Below are positions 46,929-57,553 of a stretch of 64,000 nucleotides of DNA, in pieces (within the stretch, counting starts at the first letter, position 1; the number at the start of each line of letters is the position of its first letter). The notes under the pieces were generated by a model, which did no database searches, had not been told where the DNA came from, and was given only the letters and a program-made list of their open reading frames with translations. Source of the DNA: Dehalococcoidia bacterium (lineage in GTDB: Bacteria > Chloroflexota > Dehalococcoidia > Bin125); contig OY820591.1 in NCBI GenBank assembly GCA_963555985.3, positions 2,176,001 to 2,240,000 on the forward strand, read 5' to 3'. The position numbers were made by a program, and so were the translations under genes.

Positions 46929-47615
46929 CTAGCTCCAGATCAGCGAGCAGTCGAGGGTGAAGCCTTGCAGCACATCCTCACCCGAGAGCGTGTCCGGGCG
47001 TTCGAGGAAGTCCGGCTCGTCCTGTCCGGCTCGATAGATCCAGACCAACTCGCGCTTCGGATCGATCAGCCAGCCGAGCTGGACGCCGTAGCTCATCCAC
47101 ATCACCATCTTGCGCTGTTGGGAGGCGAGCGTCTGGGAACTTGAGATGATCTCAACCATGAAGGCAGGTGCGAGGTGGGGATAGCCCGCGTCGTAATCTT
47201 CGTCCATCGCGTCGAGCTGCGCGCCGCTGATCCAAGAGAGATCCGGCGCTCGCAACTCGAACTTGCTGCTGTCTTCCTCGCCAGTTTCCGGGCGTTCACC
47301 CATCCGGAATCCGCCGGTACCGTCTCGTGCTCGTCCGCCCCCGCCAGCGTCAATCCAATTCACGAGCGCGGCGATCGCTCGGGCAGCCAGATCCGGACCT
47401 TTGCCAGTCGGAGGAGGTGAGATGATGAGCTCTCCATTCGCTGAGCGTTCGAGGTCCAGGGCGTCGTTGCACGCACCGAGCCGGTCAAACGCATCATCCG
47501 TCAGTCGCCATTCCGGCGGTAGCTGCAACACAATCGGCCCGACCGGTCGGGTCGGCCTCTCTGTCTCCTCGGCGGTGCCGGCAACTCCGCTTGGCTTGCG
47601 TTGGGTCGTGACCAT
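46929..47615 (-). CDS. Uma2 family endonuclease
   Basis: LERSANGELII.PP, RAPDLSW, PAFMVEIIS, GVQLGWLIDP, LSGEDVLQGF. Confidence 0.9.
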   Translation of the reverse strand: MVTTQRKPSGVAGTAEETERPTRPVGPIVLQLPPEWRLTDDAFDRLGACNDALDLERSANGELIISPPPTGKGPDLAARAIAALVNWIDAGGGGRARDGTGGFRMGERPETGEEDSSKFELRAPDLSWISGAQLDAMDEDYDAGYPHLAPAFMVEIISSSQTLASQQRKMVMWMSYGVQLGWLIDPKRELVWIYRAGQDEPDFLERPDTLSGEDVLQGFTLDCSLIWS

Positions 47616-47617
47616 GA

Positions 47618-48643
47618 TCAGCTACCCCGTCTCGATACAGCGACGCCGGACAGTGTCTCGAGCACGACGCGGTTCGCCAGCAGCGCCGTCACCTCCGACT
47701 GATCGTAGGGCGGCGCGACTTCGACCACATCCATGCCCAGCAGCTTGCTCTCCATGCCGATCCGGCGCACTGCATCCAGCAACTGGCGCGAGGTCAGACC
47801 GCCCGACTCGGGCGTGCCCGTGCCGGGCGCCATGCCCGGATCGACCACATCGACATCCACCGAGAGGAAGACGCCGTCACAATCGTCGGCGGCACGCTCT
47901 AGCGCCTCCGTGAGGCAAGCGTCCAGGCCGCGCTCGACGACTTCGGTCATCTCGTACCAGCGCATCCGTTGGTCGGCCATCCACTCCAGGATCGGCGGAT
48001 CGGGCCAATAGCCTCGCAGCCCGATCTGGAGAAAACGATCGCCGCGGATCGCGCCGCTCATGATCAGTCGCCGCATCGGGGTACCGTGCCCCCACAGGCC
48101 GCCGTCGGAATCGCCGGTGTCGGCGTGAGCGTCGAAGTGAATCAGCGATACACGGCCAAAACCGTGGTGTTGCGCCACGCCCTGCGCGGTTGCATAGGTG
48201 ATCGTGTGATCGCCGCCGAGCACCACCGGAATTGCGCCGGCGGCCGCGACCGTGCGGCACGCCTCCATCAGCCGCCCCAGTCCGCCCTCGCTGTCGAGTT
48301 GGGGCATACGCACATCGCCGACATCGACGACACCCAACTCGCCCAGCGGATCGACACGGAGCCTGAGATGCGGCCGGTACCCGCTCTGCGGGAGGTAGTC
48401 GGTGGAACGAATCGCCTGCGGTCCGAAACGAGCGCCGGGGCGCCAGCTCGTACCCGCGTCGAACGGCGCGCCGACGATCACGGCTTGCGCGCCGGCGAGC
48501 GAGTCCGGCTCGCGAAGACTCGCGGCGGGGACGCCGAGGAAGGTGGCAGAGGGACCGTATTGGGTTGCCGGGCGCTGGCGGTAGTGCGCCTCCGCGTAGG
48601 AACGAGGAAGTTCGGACTGGTCGCTCATCACACGCTTCCCCAT
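47618..48643 (-). CDS. speB: Agmatinase/ureohydrolase
   Basis: GARFGP, LGGDHT, HFDAHADT, HGTP, SVDVDVVDP..APGTGTP; start uncertain (48643 or 48628). Confidence 0.88.
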   Translation of the reverse strand: MGKRVMSDQSELPRSYAEAHYRQRPATQYGPSATFLGVPAASLREPDSLAGAQAVIVGAPFDAGTSWRPGARFGPQAIRSTDYLPQSGYRPHLRLRVDPLGELGVVDVGDVRMPQLDSEGGLGRLMEACRTVAAAGAIPVVLGGDHTITYATAQGVAQHHGFGRVSLIHFDAHADTGDSDGGLWGHGTPMRRLIMSGAIRGDRFLQIGLRGYWPDPPILEWMADQRMRWYEMTEVVERGLDACLTEALERAADDCDGVFLSVDVDVVDPGMAPGTGTPESGGLTSRQLLDAVRRIGMESKLLGMDVVEVAPPYDQSEVTALLANRVVLETLSGVAVSRRGS

Positions 48644-48717
48644 CGTTCGGCTGCCTGCAAGGTGGTATCTAGAATGGTATCCAGCGCGTCTGACCGGGCG
48701 GCAGGGAGGATTCCGCG

Positions 48718-50289
48718 GTGGCGACAGAGACGGCAACCGAGGCGCTACTGAGCGAACTTCAACAAGCGCTGACCGCGCTCCCGCGTCAGCGGACGCAGGC
48801 GCTGCCCGCGCTGCACATCGTTGATGAGGTGTACGGCTACCTCGATCACGCGGCGCTGGAGCAGGTCGCGCAATGGGTGCATATGCCCCGAGCGGAGCTG
48901 TTCGCGGTCGCCACCAGCTACACGGAGTTCCGCTGGTCCCCGCTGGCTTCAGATTCGCTTCGCATCTGTCGGGGCCTGTCCTGTCAGATCGCCGGCGGGG
49001 GTGCAGAGCCGAGTGGCGAAGCGCACGAGTGCATGTTCCTCTGCGCGGCGGCGGAGCGCGGCCCGGTCTCAGCGGCAGGCGCGGGCCACGTTGAAGCGTT
49101 GGTCGACGCAGACGTGTGGCAGGCGGCGAGGAATCAGATCGGGGGCGGTCTCTCTAGGCTCACCAGTATTCGCACCGGAGCTTCGCCCAAGTGGAGCGGC
49201 TGGGAGGCCGCTGCGTCGATCTCGCCGGCAGCAGTGGTGAACCTCGTTGAAGCATCGAGTCTGAGAGGACGAGGAGGGGCCTATTTCCCGGTACATCTGA
49301 AGTGGCGCGGCGCAATCGAGGCAGCGGCTCGCAATGGACGCCCCCTCTTGGTGATCAACGCCGAAGAGGGTGAACCAGGCATCTTCAAGGACCGGGTGCT
49401 GATGGAGCGCGATCCGCAACGGCTGCTCGAGGGCATCCGCATCTGCTGCTATGCCATCGGCGCAGAGCAGACCTATCTCTACATCAACGGCATGGCCGAT
49501 CGCTCAGCGCAGGCGATGGCTTCCGCCATCGCCGAAGCCCGGGTTGCAGGGCTGCTCGACGGACTGAAGATCGAGATTCGTCGCGGGGCCGGCGGTTACG
49601 TCTGCGGCGAGGAATCGGTGATCCTCGAATCGATCGAAGGACGGCGCGCCGTTCCTCGGCTCAAGCCGCCGTTCCCGACCGAGCGCGGACTCTGGGGGCG
49701 TCCGACGGTGATCAACAACGTCGAGACGCTGGCCAACCTGCCCGACATTTTCGAGTTCGGCTCAGATTGGTTTCGCGAGGTCGGCATGAGCGACGCGCCG
49801 GGGACGAAGTTGCTGTCGTTGAGCGGCGCGTTCGCCAATCGCGGCTGGATCGAACTCCCGCTTGGCACGCCGGTATCGGAGATCATCGAGCTCGCTGAGC
49901 CGACCGAGACACTCGCCGGGGTCGCCATCGGCGGACCATCGGGAGGATTTCTCGCCCCAGAGCACTTTGATACGCCGATCGCGCCTGGCTCCCTTGATGG
50001 TCACGGCGCGGTCCTCGGCGCGGGCGGGATCATCGGCATCCCCGAATCGTTCGGGATCGAGCGCGCGCTGGCGGTCTGGGCGGAGTACAACGCGAACGAA
50101 TCCTGCGGCAAGTGCACGCCCTGCCGCGAAGGATCGGGGCGAATGGCCGCCGCGCTCGCCAACGGGGATTGGGCCGATGTGGAGGAACTGATCCCGCTGA
50201 TCACGGCTGGTTCGCTCTGCGGGCTCGGACAGATGGCCCCCAATCCGATCACCTCAGCCCAGCATCAATTCGGCGGCTCGCTCAGGTAG
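48718..50289 (+). CDS. NuoE-NuoF fusion, diaphorase subunit of NAD-linked formate dehydrogenase
   Basis: CRGLSC/CMFLC, LRGRGGAYFP, NAEEGEPG, GAGGYVCGEE, ESCGKCTPCR..SLCGLG. Confidence 0.88.
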   Translation: MATETATEALLSELQQALTALPRQRTQALPALHIVDEVYGYLDHAALEQVAQWVHMPRAELFAVATSYTEFRWSPLASDSLRICRGLSCQIAGGGAEPSGEAHECMFLCAAAERGPVSAAGAGHVEALVDADVWQAARNQIGGGLSRLTSIRTGASPKWSGWEAAASISPAAVVNLVEASSLRGRGGAYFPVHLKWRGAIEAAARNGRPLLVINAEEGEPGIFKDRVLMERDPQRLLEGIRICCYAIGAEQTYLYINGMADRSAQAMASAIAEARVAGLLDGLKIEIRRGAGGYVCGEESVILESIEGRRAVPRLKPPFPTERGLWGRPTVINNVETLANLPDIFEFGSDWFREVGMSDAPGTKLLSLSGAFANRGWIELPLGTPVSEIIELAEPTETLAGVAIGGPSGGFLAPEHFDTPIAPGSLDGHGAVLGAGGIIGIPESFGIERALAVWAEYNANESCGKCTPCREGSGRMAAALANGDWADVEELIPLITAGSLCGLGQMAPNPITSAQHQFGGSLR

Positions 50290-50310
50290 CCCCCAACCAC
50301 CAGATATGCG

Positions 50311-53300
50311 CTAGAACTGCAACCAGCGCGTCGGCCCGACCGCGTCGATCTCGACCCAGAGGGCCTGGCCGTAGACGAGCGGCTCAGTTGCGGAGCGCGA
50401 CTCTTCCACGTCGTATGTCCGGCCGTTCAGCTTCACCGAGACGAGCGGCTCCGCCTTCATCCCGCGCAGCGGGGCGATGGCGTCGGTGAGCCGTTTGTCC
50501 GGCGTCCCAAGCCAACAGACAAGGTTGCGTCCCGGTTGCAGGTGATATCCCACGCCGCCGTAGGGGGCGTCGGGCCAGTGCAGCGTCTCCCCGTTGCGCA
50601 CGCGAACGTAGTAGGCGCGGCCCTGTTCGAGCGTGTCGAGGGTGTTGAACCGGGCAGACATATCGGGCGAGTACGACAGCCACGACTCGGACGTCGCATC
50701 CCAGGCGTAGATGGCCTGGAGACCGTCGAGGTCGAGCTCGGCGATCGGTTGGGTGGCGTCGGTCCAGCCTCGGAGGTGGAGTCCCTGGGTCAAGGTTTCA
50801 CCTTGGGTCGGGTCGTGGATGGTGTAGTAGGCGACGCTGCGGCGTTCGAGCTCGTCGGCATTGGTGACGGTCACTTTGCCGATGCAGACGCCACGCGGGA
50901 TGACCAAAGCGATATCGGCGCCAGAGTTCCAGACCCTGCCACGGAAGACGGCTTTCGGCAAGTGGAATCGCTCCGTCTTCCACTGCTGGTCATTGTTTGG
51001 TGGAGCGGCACCTGATGAAACGTGGGCGAACCCCTCCTCATGATCGAACGCGGCACCATCGAACACCAAGTGCACCCAGAAGTCTCTCATGTCACTTCCG
51101 TCGTACCAGTCGACCTCAACCACGCAGTCCGCCTCACCTTTCCCCATGAATAGATCGCGCGTGACTTCAAATGCGATATAGCCGTGTTGCGTTTCGGTAG
51201 AGGTCATCTCTATCTCTCGGCGGCAGGGGCGTCCATCTCGTACGACGGCTTCGGTGGTCGTCCAACCCAGGTCTACCTCGCGCACGCCGTTCTCCGCGTT
51301 GGTTTCGCCCAAACTGACAGAGGCTTGGAAGCCACTGCGCTCGTCGGTGGTGGCACTGATGCGCCCGTAGTGAAAACGGACGGTATCGTCGCGCACGCCG
51401 ACCGAAGAACTGCCGAGCGGTTCGTCGTGGCGGTTAAAGGCGGTCAGATGAACACGCGGGCTGAACTGATCGAGTGCGCGCAGGGAGATGGGAGTATCAG
51501 TTCCTGAAGGCTGACGCAGAATGAGGCCCTGGGATTCGCGCTGCTCGATCAGATAGTGCTCTCCCTCACTGAGAGCTTGCCCGTTGTATGCGCGGAAAAC
51601 CCCGCCCGTACGTGATCCGTCTTGCGCAGCGGCGATTACTCCGCCCGGCGCTAATGTGTGACGACCTACCTTAATCGCCTCTTCCACGGCCCATTCTGCC
51701 GTTACCGTATAGGCCCCGAAACCACTCGTTGAGACATTTCCGTTCCTGTTGAATACGGTCAACAGCTCATCGGCATACTGAGAGCACACGTGATGAGCGA
51801 ACGAGGCGAACAGATCAATCTCTTCTTGCGGCTCGAATCCATGCAAATGCAAACCATGCCCCATCGCCAGTTGGTGTCTGAGATAAAACAGCGCGTCAAT
51901 GCCAAGACCGGTCGCCTCTGTGAAAGCCGGAATCTCATCTCTGTGGTAGCGGAACGGTCCATCCCACTGAACCACTTTGTCGCGTAACAAGGCCGCGCTA
52001 GCAGGAAATGTGGACCAGGTGTCGATGCCCCACGCACCCGAATACGTGTCGAAGCCTATGTGGTCATGGACCTGCCACTGAAAGAACGAGAATGTCTCGG
52101 CGAGTCGATCCCAACCGCCCTCGCCTCCCAGCCGAAGGTGTTTCCAGCGACGGGCGTAGTCAACCCAACTGTGATGACGTGTCATAGGACTGGGAGCATC
52201 CGGGTGATAGTCGAAAACTCGCCACACATTACCAACAACGTCCCAATACACTAAGTCACTATTGGCTAGCTCGTGGCCTCGCATCGCAAGGTCAGACCCC
52301 TCGATCACTCGTGGGTCATACAGCGATACGTAGACGCCTTCCTGCCAATCGCCTCTGCCGTCTACTGGCCAGGACAAACGGTACGGGGTGCCAATCTGAT
52401 CTCGGACTGCCAGATCATCAAGGCTGCCGCTCGTATCAAGGTATACCGCTCCGGTGTACGAAGTGGGTGCCCACCATGGTGGGTCGACGAACGTCTGAAC
52501 CAGCGTTCCATTTCTCTGGACTGACGACATCGCCGCCCAATAGCCCTCGACACCACCAAGTTCTTCTGCAGGAGGCCAAACGTCCGGTTGGTCCCTTATC
52601 CAACCTTGCTCCATGTAGTTTGTCAGCCAGATGATGAGTGGCGGTTCGATGCCGTTCAACCACTCTCCGAACTGGTGAAAGTCCATCGCGCCGAAATAAC
52701 GTGGCGATGCGCTCAACCGCGCCGCCGCGAGAGCGGCTTGACTAACATCGCCCAACTTCTGCCTGATTGACGGGTACTCTGGGTAGCGATTGTGATCGCG
52801 CACGCGGGACATGAGCTCCAACGGTTGGTCGCTCAGGACGCACCGTTGGGTCGGTGTCTCCAATCGTTGCCCCGCCGCGAGGCCAGTCGCGATCACATGG
52901 TTGAGTTGACCTTCGTCGCCGTAGCGGTTGAACCCAATCTGGGCCGGCCAGTAGATCGATGGCCCATGTACGGCGTACCACGCCATTGTTGGGCCGCCGA
53001 AGTCGAGCCACGTAAGATCGATGAAGGCGGAGCCACTCGGATACTGGGCATGGTACCCACGTGGCTCTTCGAAGAACATTCGATTAAACATCACCCCTGG
53101 CAAAGCCGGCGCGAACGCCCGCTGCGCGCGATGGTAGTCAAACGTCAAGCTATGAGGAAAACTGAACCAATCGATATCGGGGCCGGACATGTGATCGACT
53201 GCGGCCGTCAAATCGAACCAGGGGCTGTTCGTGGCACGCGCCTCCACCGTAACGTCAGTCTGAAATCGACCGTTGTCTAATTCGTAATGCATCCGAAGAG

Positions 53301-53694
53301 TGCGTAGGTCGAGCAGCCACTCATAACGGAAGCGGCGTCGCGGCACTTCATGAGAAAACGCAACGAGCGCATATCCTTCTGAATTAGGATCCTGTGACCA
53401 TCCATCCCGGTGTCGTCCAATGGCCCACAACGATCCGCCCGCGTTCCCCTCCGACACCACGCCGCCGCCGCGTTTATCGAAGATCCGCGTGATCGCCCCG
53501 TTTCGGCGATCGAAATCCACCTCGTAAAACCGATTGCCCAGCGTCAACTTGGACGCTGACTCTCGAAAGTAGGGCCCCTCCGACTCTTCTTGCGCGCTGC
53601 TGCGCTTGCTGCCGAGACCGAGCGCCGCCAATGCCGCGCCGACGCCGAGACGCGCAGCGGTCTGGAGCAGGGAGCGGCGGCTCAGGCGCGGCAT
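50311..53694 (-). CDS. Large Tat-exported protein, possible glycoside-hydrolase-like core
   Basis: MPRLSRRSLL twin-Arg signal; AGGAGG RBS; C-terminal duplicated 'L..G.(N/H)L..W' module; family assignment tentative. Confidence 0.75.
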   Translation of the reverse strand: MPRLSRRSLLQTAARLGVGAALAALGLGSKRSSAQEESEGPYFRESASKLTLGNRFYEVDFDRRNGAITRIFDKRGGGVVSEGNAGGSLWAIGRHRDGWSQDPNSEGYALVAFSHEVPRRRFRYEWLLDLRTLRMHYELDNGRFQTDVTVEARATNSPWFDLTAAVDHMSGPDIDWFSFPHSLTFDYHRAQRAFAPALPGVMFNRMFFEEPRGYHAQYPSGSAFIDLTWLDFGGPTMAWYAVHGPSIYWPAQIGFNRYGDEGQLNHVIATGLAAGQRLETPTQRCVLSDQPLELMSRVRDHNRYPEYPSIRQKLGDVSQAALAAARLSASPRYFGAMDFHQFGEWLNGIEPPLIIWLTNYMEQGWIRDQPDVWPPAEELGGVEGYWAAMSSVQRNGTLVQTFVDPPWWAPTSYTGAVYLDTSGSLDDLAVRDQIGTPYRLSWPVDGRGDWQEGVYVSLYDPRVIEGSDLAMRGHELANSDLVYWDVVGNVWRVFDYHPDAPSPMTRHHSWVDYARRWKHLRLGGEGGWDRLAETFSFFQWQVHDHIGFDTYSGAWGIDTWSTFPASAALLRDKVVQWDGPFRYHRDEIPAFTEATGLGIDALFYLRHQLAMGHGLHLHGFEPQEEIDLFASFAHHVCSQYADELLTVFNRNGNVSTSGFGAYTVTAEWAVEEAIKVGRHTLAPGGVIAAAQDGSRTGGVFRAYNGQALSEGEHYLIEQRESQGLILRQPSGTDTPISLRALDQFSPRVHLTAFNRHDEPLGSSSVGVRDDTVRFHYGRISATTDERSGFQASVSLGETNAENGVREVDLGWTTTEAVVRDGRPCRREIEMTSTETQHGYIAFEVTRDLFMGKGEADCVVEVDWYDGSDMRDFWVHLVFDGAAFDHEEGFAHVSSGAAPPNNDQQWKTERFHLPKAVFRGRVWNSGADIALVIPRGVCIGKVTVTNADELERRSVAYYTIHDPTQGETLTQGLHLRGWTDATQPIAELDLDGLQAIYAWDATSESWLSYSPDMSARFNTLDTLEQGRAYYVRVRNGETLHWPDAPYGGVGYHLQPGRNLVCWLGTPDKRLTDAIAPLRGMKAEPLVSVKLNGRTYDVEESRSATEPLVYGQALWVEIDAVGPTRWLQF

Positions 53695-53779
53695 GGGCGA
53701 TCCTCCTGGTTCGGCGGGCATGATAGGCGCGGAATCTTCTTGCGCCGCTCTTCGGTACCATCTGCGAGAGGGGGCGACC

Positions 53780-56542
53780 ATGACAGACACCGTTTCGGTC
53801 ACCATCGACGGACAGCTGCTCGAAGCGCCTGCCGGCGCAACGATCCTCGACGCCGTCCTCTCCGCCGGGATCGATCTGCCCCACCTCTGCAAAGACGACG
53901 ACGGCCCCGCCCTGGGCGCGTGCCGCACCTGCCTCGTGGAGATCGAAGGCGGTCGCGGACTTCCGGCCGCGTGTCACACGCCCGTGGCGAACGGTCAAGC
54001 GATCCGCACGAACTCCGAAGCAGCGACGACGGCGCGCAAGGGCATCCTCGAGCTCACGCTGGCGATGCGCGACACGTCCAACGGTCGCGCTGACGCGCAG
54101 ACCGAACTCAACCACCACGCCACGACGCACCATGCCAGCCCCAGCCGCTGGGCAGCCCGCGTCCACGATCACGCCGACGACAGCAACCCCTTCTACCGCT
54201 TCGACGCGACCGACTGCATCCTCTGCGGACGCTGTGTTTCGGCCTGTTCGGATCGACAGCACATCGGCGCGATCGGCATCGCCGGCGCAGGCAAGGCGGC
54301 TCGCATCGCCGCCTTCAACGACGAGCCGCTCGGCGAATCGACCTGCACCTCCTGCGGTTCCTGCGTCGCCGCCTGTCCCACCGAGGCGCTGATACCCAAG
54401 CGCGCCGCTGCGGGCACGCGCACCGTCTCTACCGTCTGCCCCTACTGCGGCGTCGGCTGCGGCATCCGCATCACCGCCGAGAACGGGACCCTGACTCACG
54501 TTGACGACGACCCCAACAACCGCTCCTCTAAGGGGCTGCTCTGCGTCAAGGGACGCTTCGGTACGGCCTTCGTCAATCATCCCGATCGCTTGACCCAGCC
54601 GCTGATCCGTCGCGCGAGCGGTCTGGAACCGGCCAGCTGGGAGGAAGCGCTTGAGCTCGTCGCCGAGAAGTTCGCCGAGCATCGCGGCGCGTTCGGCGCG
54701 TTCTCCTCCGCTAAAGCGACGAACGAAGACAACTACCTCCTGCAAAAGTTCACCCGCGCCGTAATGGGTACCAACAACGTCGATCACTGCACCCGCCTCT
54801 GCCACTCTCCCTCAGTCGAGGCGATGCTGGCGCAGCTCGGTTCCGGCGCAACCTCCAACTCCTACTCCGACTACGAGGCGGCTGACTGCCTGATGGTCGT
54901 GGGCGCCGACCCGTCCTCCAATCATCCTGTCGCTGCGAGCCGGATGCGCTCGGCGATCGTCGATCGTGGCGCGTCCTTGATCGTGCTCAATCCCAAGCGG
55001 ATCGAGCTCTGCGACCACACCGACCTCTGGCTGCGCCAGTATCCGGGTACCGATGTGGCCGTGCTCAACGGCATGGCCAAGGTGATCCTGGACGAGGGTC
55101 TGGCGGACGAGGCGTTCATCGCCGACCGCACCGAGGGCTACGAAGACTGGCGAGCCGAGCTGGACGAGTACACGCCTGAGCGCGTCGAAGAGCTATCGGG
55201 AGTACCCGCCGAACTCCTAATTCGCGCAGCCCGAACCTACGCCCAGCCCAATCCGACAGCCGAAGGTCCCGGCGGTTCCTGTCTGATCTGGGGCATGGGC
55301 GTCACTCAACACACCAACGGCACGGCCAACGCGACCGCGCTGCTCAATCTCGCCCTGCTCACCGGACAAGTCGGTCGCGTCGGCAACGGCGTCTCGCCCC
55401 TGCGCGGACAGAACAACGTCCAGGGTGCCGGCGACGCCGGCTGCGTCCCCGACGCGCTCCCGGGCTACCAGCGCTACACGCCCGAGGTGCTGGCCAAGTT
55501 CAACGGCGTCTGGAACGCAGACCTGCCCAGCGCCGAGGGACTGCGCGCGACCGACATGGTTGAGAACATCCTCGATCCGGCCGGCGGCATCCGCTGTATG
55601 TACATCGTGGGCGAGAACCCGCTCCTGACCGAACCCAATCTCGCCCACGCCCGCGAAGCCTTCGAGCGGCTCGACTTCCTGGTCGTGCAGGACATCTTCA
55701 TGCACGAGACCGCCGAACTCGCCGATGTCGTCCTGCCCGCCGCCTCGTTCGCCGAGAAGGAAGGCAGCTTCACCAACTCCGAGCGCCGCGTGCAGCGCGT
55801 CCGCCAGGTGATCCCGCCGGTCGGACAAGCGCGAGCGGACTGGGAGATCGTCCAGGAGATTGCGCGCCGCACCGCAGCGCGGCTGGGGCTCTCACCAGCC
55901 GGATTCGAGCATGGCTCTGCGGCCTCCGTGTTCGACGAGCTCGCCTCCCTGACGCCGATCATGGCCGGACTTTCACATGCGCGGTTGGACCACGAGGGCG
56001 GCATCCAGTGGCCCTGCCCCGAACCGTCGCACCCGGGCACCGAGCGGCTCTATCAAACCGACTTCCCGCGCGGGCTGGGCAAGTTCGTGCCGGTGCGCCA
56101 GACCGCGCCCTCCGAGGAGTCGCCCGACGAGCGCTACCCCCTGATTCTGAACACCGGCCGCGTGCTCTACCACTGGCACGGCGGCACGATGACCCGCCGC
56201 GTTGACGGTCTAGTCGATTCCTGGCCGGAACTGCGCGTCGCGATTCATCCCAATGACGCGGCGCGGATGGAAGTGAGCGACGGCGAAGCGGTATTCGTCG
56301 CCTCACGCCGAGGCCGGATCGAGGGCGTCAGCTTCGTCACCGAGGATGTCGCCGAAGGCTCGATCTTCGTCCCGTTCGTCCGGCTGCAAGACTCTGCTGC
56401 GAACTGGCTCACGAATAACGTCTACGACGAGCAGGCCCGCATCCCCGAGTTCAAGGTCTGCGCCGTCGCCGTGGAGCGCGCCGCCAATCCGGCAGAGTGG
56501 CGCAGAGACGGCAAGCGCGGCAAGCGCCGTCAGTACTGGTAA
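53780..56542 (+). CDS. fdhF: Formate dehydrogenase alpha subunit (Mo/W-bisPGD, Cys-type)
   Basis: 2Fe-2S (PHLC..GACRTC), CILCGRC, CTSCGSC, CPYCGVGC, RLCHSPS, LRGQNNVQG, PEFKVCAV. Confidence 0.93.
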   Translation: MTDTVSVTIDGQLLEAPAGATILDAVLSAGIDLPHLCKDDDGPALGACRTCLVEIEGGRGLPAACHTPVANGQAIRTNSEAATTARKGILELTLAMRDTSNGRADAQTELNHHATTHHASPSRWAARVHDHADDSNPFYRFDATDCILCGRCVSACSDRQHIGAIGIAGAGKAARIAAFNDEPLGESTCTSCGSCVAACPTEALIPKRAAAGTRTVSTVCPYCGVGCGIRITAENGTLTHVDDDPNNRSSKGLLCVKGRFGTAFVNHPDRLTQPLIRRASGLEPASWEEALELVAEKFAEHRGAFGAFSSAKATNEDNYLLQKFTRAVMGTNNVDHCTRLCHSPSVEAMLAQLGSGATSNSYSDYEAADCLMVVGADPSSNHPVAASRMRSAIVDRGASLIVLNPKRIELCDHTDLWLRQYPGTDVAVLNGMAKVILDEGLADEAFIADRTEGYEDWRAELDEYTPERVEELSGVPAELLIRAARTYAQPNPTAEGPGGSCLIWGMGVTQHTNGTANATALLNLALLTGQVGRVGNGVSPLRGQNNVQGAGDAGCVPDALPGYQRYTPEVLAKFNGVWNADLPSAEGLRATDMVENILDPAGGIRCMYIVGENPLLTEPNLAHAREAFERLDFLVVQDIFMHETAELADVVLPAASFAEKEGSFTNSERRVQRVRQVIPPVGQARADWEIVQEIARRTAARLGLSPAGFEHGSAASVFDELASLTPIMAGLSHARLDHEGGIQWPCPEPSHPGTERLYQTDFPRGLGKFVPVRQTAPSEESPDERYPLILNTGRVLYHWHGGTMTRRVDGLVDSWPELRVAIHPNDAARMEVSDGEAVFVASRRGRIEGVSFVTEDVAEGSIFVPFVRLQDSAANWLTNNVYDEQARIPEFKVCAVAVERAANPAEWRRDGKRGKRRQYW

Positions 56543-56545
56543 CAC

Positions 56546-57553
56546 TCAGACTCGGGTCATATGGCGCAGCAAACCGACCAGCACCAAGCGGTGCGAGTAG
56601 GTGTGCGTTTCCACGTCAAACGAGCCGTTGCACGTGATCAGCGTGACCACCGGCTCCTCAGTCTGGCGCAGGTAGCTAAGCGCGTCCGGATCGGTTGGGT
56701 CGACCGTGACCTTCTCGATGACCTCGTACACGTACGCGACTGCGTTGTCCGTGTCAATCACAATGATCGCGTCGCCGAGACTCGACTTGTCCAATTCCCA
56801 GCAGACGCCGTAGCCCACCTTGCCGTTGATGTCGGTGTAGTCGCGGTGGCCCACCATCAGGGCGTTGCCCGCCTCTCCGGGCTCGGCGCTGCTGTCGAGC
56901 CAGCCAATCACGTCGGGATTGTCGGGCGCGCCCATCGCCCCGTTCGGCGTCCGCCCAACCTTCTTGATTGAGGCATAGATTCGCGCCGATGGCACCATCA
57001 GTTCCCAAGAGGTCGCAAAGCGAGGACCGCTGGAGGGAACCACTCCGTTGTCAATCGGCAGAATCGCGCCCTCTTCGCCGCTGCCGCCGTACTTCAGCGA
57101 CGACCGGTCAATTTGCTCAACCAGCACATCCTCCAGCGCCGGCAGAGTCTCTTCCTCGGCAACCGCCTGCTCCTCAGCCGCCTCCACTGGCGCGGGCGTT
57201 TGAGCTTGCTCACCGCCCGCATCCGTACTGGACTCAGCCGCCTCCGCCGGACGCGCGGGCTGAGCTGGTTGCGTCGTCGTCTCGGCGCTGCTCTGCTGCT
57301 CATCCTGGCCAGCGCCCGTCGTGCGCACTTGCACGACCGGAGTCTGCTGCTGCTCCTGTTGCTGGAGCACGACCACATCCGCTTGCGCTTGGGACTGCTG
57401 CTCCTGCAACGAGACAATCTCGCCTCCGCCGCCCCCGCCGCCGTTCGCGGCCAGAATCGCCAGGAACGTGATCACAAACGCGATCGGCGCGGTCACCGCA
57501 ACGATCACCAGGATCGGCCGCTCTTCCCACTGCGCGCGCAGATATTCGATCAT
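56546..57553 (-). CDS. Class F sortase with Q/E-rich linker
   Basis: N-terminal TM; PGEAGNALMVGHRD, LITCNGSFD..YSHRLV. Confidence 0.85.
   Translation of the reverse strand: MIEYLRAQWEERPILVIVAVTAPIAFVITFLAILAANGGGGGGGEIVSLQEQQSQAQADVVVLQQQEQQQTPVVQVRTTGAGQDEQQSSAETTTQPAQPARPAEAAESSTDAGGEQAQTPAPVEAAEEQAVAEEETLPALEDVLVEQIDRSSLKYGGSGEEGAILPIDNGVVPSSGPRFATSWELMVPSARIYASIKKVGRTPNGAMGAPDNPDVIGWLDSSAEPGEAGNALMVGHRDYTDINGKVGYGVCWELDKSSLGDAIIVIDTDNAVAYVYEVIEKVTVDPTDPDALSYLRQTEEPVVTLITCNGSFDVETHTYSHRLVLVGLLRHMTRV

Noticed and set aside
48644-48717. Guanidine riboswitch upstream of agmatinase
   Set aside because: Short divergent intergenic region without recognisable ykkC or mini-ykkC consensus
54780-54815. 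Selenocysteine in formate dehydrogenase
   Set aside because: The active-site codon is TGC (RLCHSPS) and the frame is open
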